The position numbers and the translations under genes are program-made. The notes beneath the pieces are model-generated. The model did not search any database, had not been told where the DNA came from, and was given only the letters and a program-made list of their open reading frames with translations. Below, piece by piece: positions 60,745 through 64,000 of a DNA stretch of 64,000 nt (positions are counted from its first letter, which is position 1; each line of letters opens with the position of its first letter). Origin of the DNA: Hemiscyllium ocellatum (Eukaryota); NCBI RefSeq assembly GCF_020745735.1, contig NC_083406.1:109841164-109905163 (forward strand), read 5' to 3'.

Positions 60745-62670
60745 GGCCCACATCCCTCTAAATCTTTCCTATCCATGTATCTGTCCAAATGTCTTTTAAA
60801 TGTTATAATTGTACCAGCCTCCACTACTTCCCCTGGCAGCTCATTCCATATGTGCACCATCTTCTGTGTATATAAAAAAAACTCTCAGGTTCCTTTTAAA
60901 TCTTTCTCCTCTCACCTTAAACCTATGGTCTGTAGTTTTGGACTCCCACATCTTGGGCAAAGACCATGGGTATTCACCCTTTCCGTGCTCCTCATGATTT
61001 TATAAGCTTGTATAAGGTCACCCCTCACCTCCTACACTCCAGGGGAAAAAAAGCCCCAGTCTATCCAGTCTCACCGTATAGCTCCCAAAACCACACTGAA
61101 TTATATAATTTCTATCCAAATGCTTTGCAATCTTTGAGGAAATAATATCATCATTACCAGGTTGCCTTGTGTACATGCTACCTCTTTAACAAAATGCACT
61201 GTATTGGTATTACATTCATGTCATTGAGCCATACAGTTATAGAGATGTACAGAATGGAAACAGACCCTTCAGTCCAACTTGTCCATGCTGACCAGATATC
61301 CAACCTAATCTAGTCCCACTTGCCAGCACCCAGCCCATATCCCTCCAAACCCTTCCTATTCATATACCCATCCAGATGCCTTGTAAACGTTGCAATTATA
61401 CCTGCCTCCACCACTTCGTCTGGCAGCTCATTTCATAAACATACCACCCTCTGTGTGAAAATGTTGCCCCTTAGATCTCTTTATATCTTTTTGCTCTCAC
61501 CCTGAACCTATTCTCTTTAATTCTGGACTCTACCCCACCTGAGGGAAAATACTTTGTCTATTTATCCTATCCATGCCCCTCATGATTTCATAAACCTCTG
61601 TAAAGTATTTTTTAAAAATTACCTTTTAATTAAGTCCAAAGACTGGACAAACTGGAGAAGCAAGGAATCCAATCATAGTTTGAATTCTGACATTGTGTAT
61701 CAAAAACTGACTTGATTGCCTTAAAGAGAACTCTAGGCAACATTTCCAAATTTTTTGAAGACACAAAACTGGGTGGGACTATGTGTTATGAGGAGGATAC
61801 AAGGAGGCTTCAAGGTGACATAGACAAGTTGTGTGAGTGGGTAAACACTTGGAAAATGCAGTACAGCCTGGCTAAATGTGAAGTTATACACTTTGGTGTG
61901 GAGAACAGAAAGGAAGAGTATTGATTAAAGGATGACATATTGTGAAATGCAGATGTAAAAAGGGATCTGAATGTCTTTGTACACCACTCAATGAAAATAG
62001 TTAGGCAGGTGCAGTAAGCAATTAGGAAGGAAATTGTATATTGACCTTCACTGATAGAAAATTTGAGTTGAGATGTAGGAATGTCTTATTGCAGTTATAG
62101 AGGGTGTGGTGAGACTACACCTGGAGTATTGCATGCAGTTTTGGTCTCTCTACTGGACGGAGAATATACTTGCTATAGAGGAAGTGCAGCAAAGGTTTGC
62201 TAGGCTGTTACTGTGGATGGTAGGACTGTTCTATGAGGAGAGATTGCCTCAAATGGGTTTGTCTTTGCTAGAGTTTAGAAGGATGAGAGGAAATCTGACT
62301 GAAATGTATGAAATTCTAACAGGGCTAGACAGAACTAGATGCAGGGAAAGTGCTTCTCTTGGTTGGGATATCTCGAACAGAGGTCACAGTCTCACAATAT
62401 AGGGGAAACCATTTAGAACTGAGGTAAGGAAACATTTCATCCCTCAATTGGGAGTGAACCTGTGGAATTCTTTAGCGCAGAAGGCTGTGAAGGCCAAAAC
62501 ACTGAATATATTCAATAAAGAGACAGATAAATTTCTCGATTTTAAAGGTATCAAAGGTGTAGGGAGGAAGTGGGAGTATGGCATGGAGATAGAAGATGAG
62601 CCACAATCATTGTGAATGGTGGAACCAGGTCAAATGGCTGAATGGCCTATTCCTGTTTCTAGTTTCTATA
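60745..62670. mobile_element. Three CR1 fragments (60745-61085 -, 61222-61605 -, 61735-62670 +)
   Basis: FKRHLDRYMDRK; SKFFEDTKLGG..KCEVIHFG; VRLHLEYCMQFWS. Confidence 0.88.
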
Positions 62671-62829
62671 TATCTATGCACACTGACTAATACCTGGATA
62701 CCACAAGAGACAGGAACCTGTGGGGAAACTGGACAACATTGTTTAAAGGCTGGACCTTTTGAGTCTTGCTTACAATCTTGAAAGCAAACTTGACGCTGAA
62801 AATCAAAACTACAACAGATTGCATTGAAA

Positions 62830-63200
62830 TATTATCTTTTATCATGAAGGCAGATCAAAACAGCTGCACAGCAAAGTTATAAAGCAAAGTTTATCACCAA
62901 GGTATTATAAGACAAAGTTAGGTCACATGTCCAATGGTTTGCTGAAAGACATAAGTTTTAAGGGATGCCTTAAGGAGGAAAGTGAGAGGCAGAACTGGAG
63001 GGAGTGACACAGAGTGTCAGGTATTGACAACTGAAGGCAAGACTGTCAATCATGAACCAATTAAAATTGGAGATGCAAAAAAGTCCAAAGGTGAAGATAT
63101 CTCAGCTTGTGAAATGAGAGGAGATTGTAGGGATAGGGAGGGAGGAGGCTATGGAGGCTTTTGATAGCAAGGTTGAGAGTGTTGCAAGTGCAGTGGCTGC
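62830..63200 (-). mobile_element. L2-type LINE 3' relic
   Basis: gttttaagggatgccttaaggagga motif similar to 7450-7480. Confidence 0.45.
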
Positions 63201-63876
63201 AAACCCAAATAATGAGTAGCGTACTGCATTGAATTGAAAGTTACTCAAACAAGGACAAATGAGCTGAAAACAAGCACTTGCACCGAAAGTGGTGCTCCAT
63301 TATTAGCAGGGCTGTAGGCTGCACCTGTGACTGATATGCACAAAGTTTATCTGACCCTGGCCACTGGAGCAGGAAATGAAGTTTGAGTAGGGCCAGAGCA
63401 GCTTCCCGCAGAAAACTGAGATAATTGAAGTCATCCAGGTCACTTTCAACTATGCTGCAATATGGTGCGGTAAGTGGAAAGGGGGAACAAGCTTTGTAGA
63501 GGTCACCTGCCAACACTGTCTACTGGGAAGGAAGGAAAGAGAGAGAGAAAAAATATCGATCAATTATCTAAAATATTTTTGTTTAAGTAATGAGGATTGA
63601 TGATATTGCTGAAAGAGAGCAAATTAACTACCTTATTTGGCAAATGTTAAAGTGTTGTACCCTGAAGTTAATGACTTTGTCATTAATTATGTTAATCTAT
63701 CTGAGACACAAATTAATTCTATTACCAACATTCTTGGACTAAATAAAATCACCAAACATTAACAGGAAATGGACTGACAAGGGAAAATCAGAGCTAAAAG
63801 AATGTAAAGTGTAAGGTGACCATTATGTGTTCTAATTATTTCCTCATTGACATTCTTTGAAATATTGTCTCAAAGT

Positions 63877-64000
63877 TTTATTTTATTTCTTCACAAGATG
63901 TGGGTATCGCTGACTAAGCCAACATTTATTGATGAACCCTAATTAATGTAATGGTGAGCTGCCTGTTTGAACCACTGCAGTCCGTGTGAGGTAAATAAAT
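63877..64000 (-). mobile_element. 3' tail of the tRNA-headed CR1-group LINE
   Basis: gatgtgggtatcgctg..catttattg..cctaatt..gaaccactgcagtcc, as at 57555-57670. Confidence 0.7.

Noticed and set aside
63271-63296. Hairpin gcaccgaaagtggtgc reminiscent of a tracrRNA end; CRISPR-like system
   Set aside because: Short chance match in vertebrate DNA; no repeat-spacer array or cas ORF anywhere in the window.
63412-63475. Possible 58-nt exon (cccgcag..GCG/gtaagt) encoding KTEIIEVIQVTFNYAAIWC
   Set aside because: Weak polypyrimidine tract, unrecognised peptide and no partner exons; needs RNA-seq.
1-64000. Minus-strand bias of LINEs implying an intron of a plus-strand gene
   Set aside because: A rough count of CR1 pieces (about 21 minus versus 16 plus) is too weak to support it.

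Overview
This window is eukaryotic, repeat-dense, non-coding DNA (gene desert or large intron), almost certainly from a shark or other elasmobranch. That assignment rests on near-identical young HE1-type V-SINEs with (TAATC)n tails, HER1/CR1 LINE fragments and a SacSINE1-like DeuSINE; family names are from recall, not a database search. No intact host protein-coding gene is recognisable, and every interpretable ORF is a transposon relic: CR1 esterase/endonuclease/RT, a second CR1-group LINE, Rex1, L2 tails, Penelope GIY-YIG, Gypsy integrase and Harbinger Myb/SANT-like. Three signals stand out. (1) A LINE appears to have its endonuclease ORF fused directly behind a tRNA-like (Pol III A/B-box) head, with no ORF1 and almost no sense-strand T4 runs, and a SINE family is made of exactly this head plus the LINE's 3' tail. 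(2) Penelope terminal repeats of 3-4 families carry minimal hammerhead ribozyme cores, often as short fold-back inserts with 13-16 bp target duplications whose symmetry centre lies in the ribozyme. (3) Several repeat-free islands, especially 49.6-52.5 kb, look like conserved regulatory DNA. Boundaries were read by eye and are approximate (about 10-30 bp) unless a TSD is quoted.
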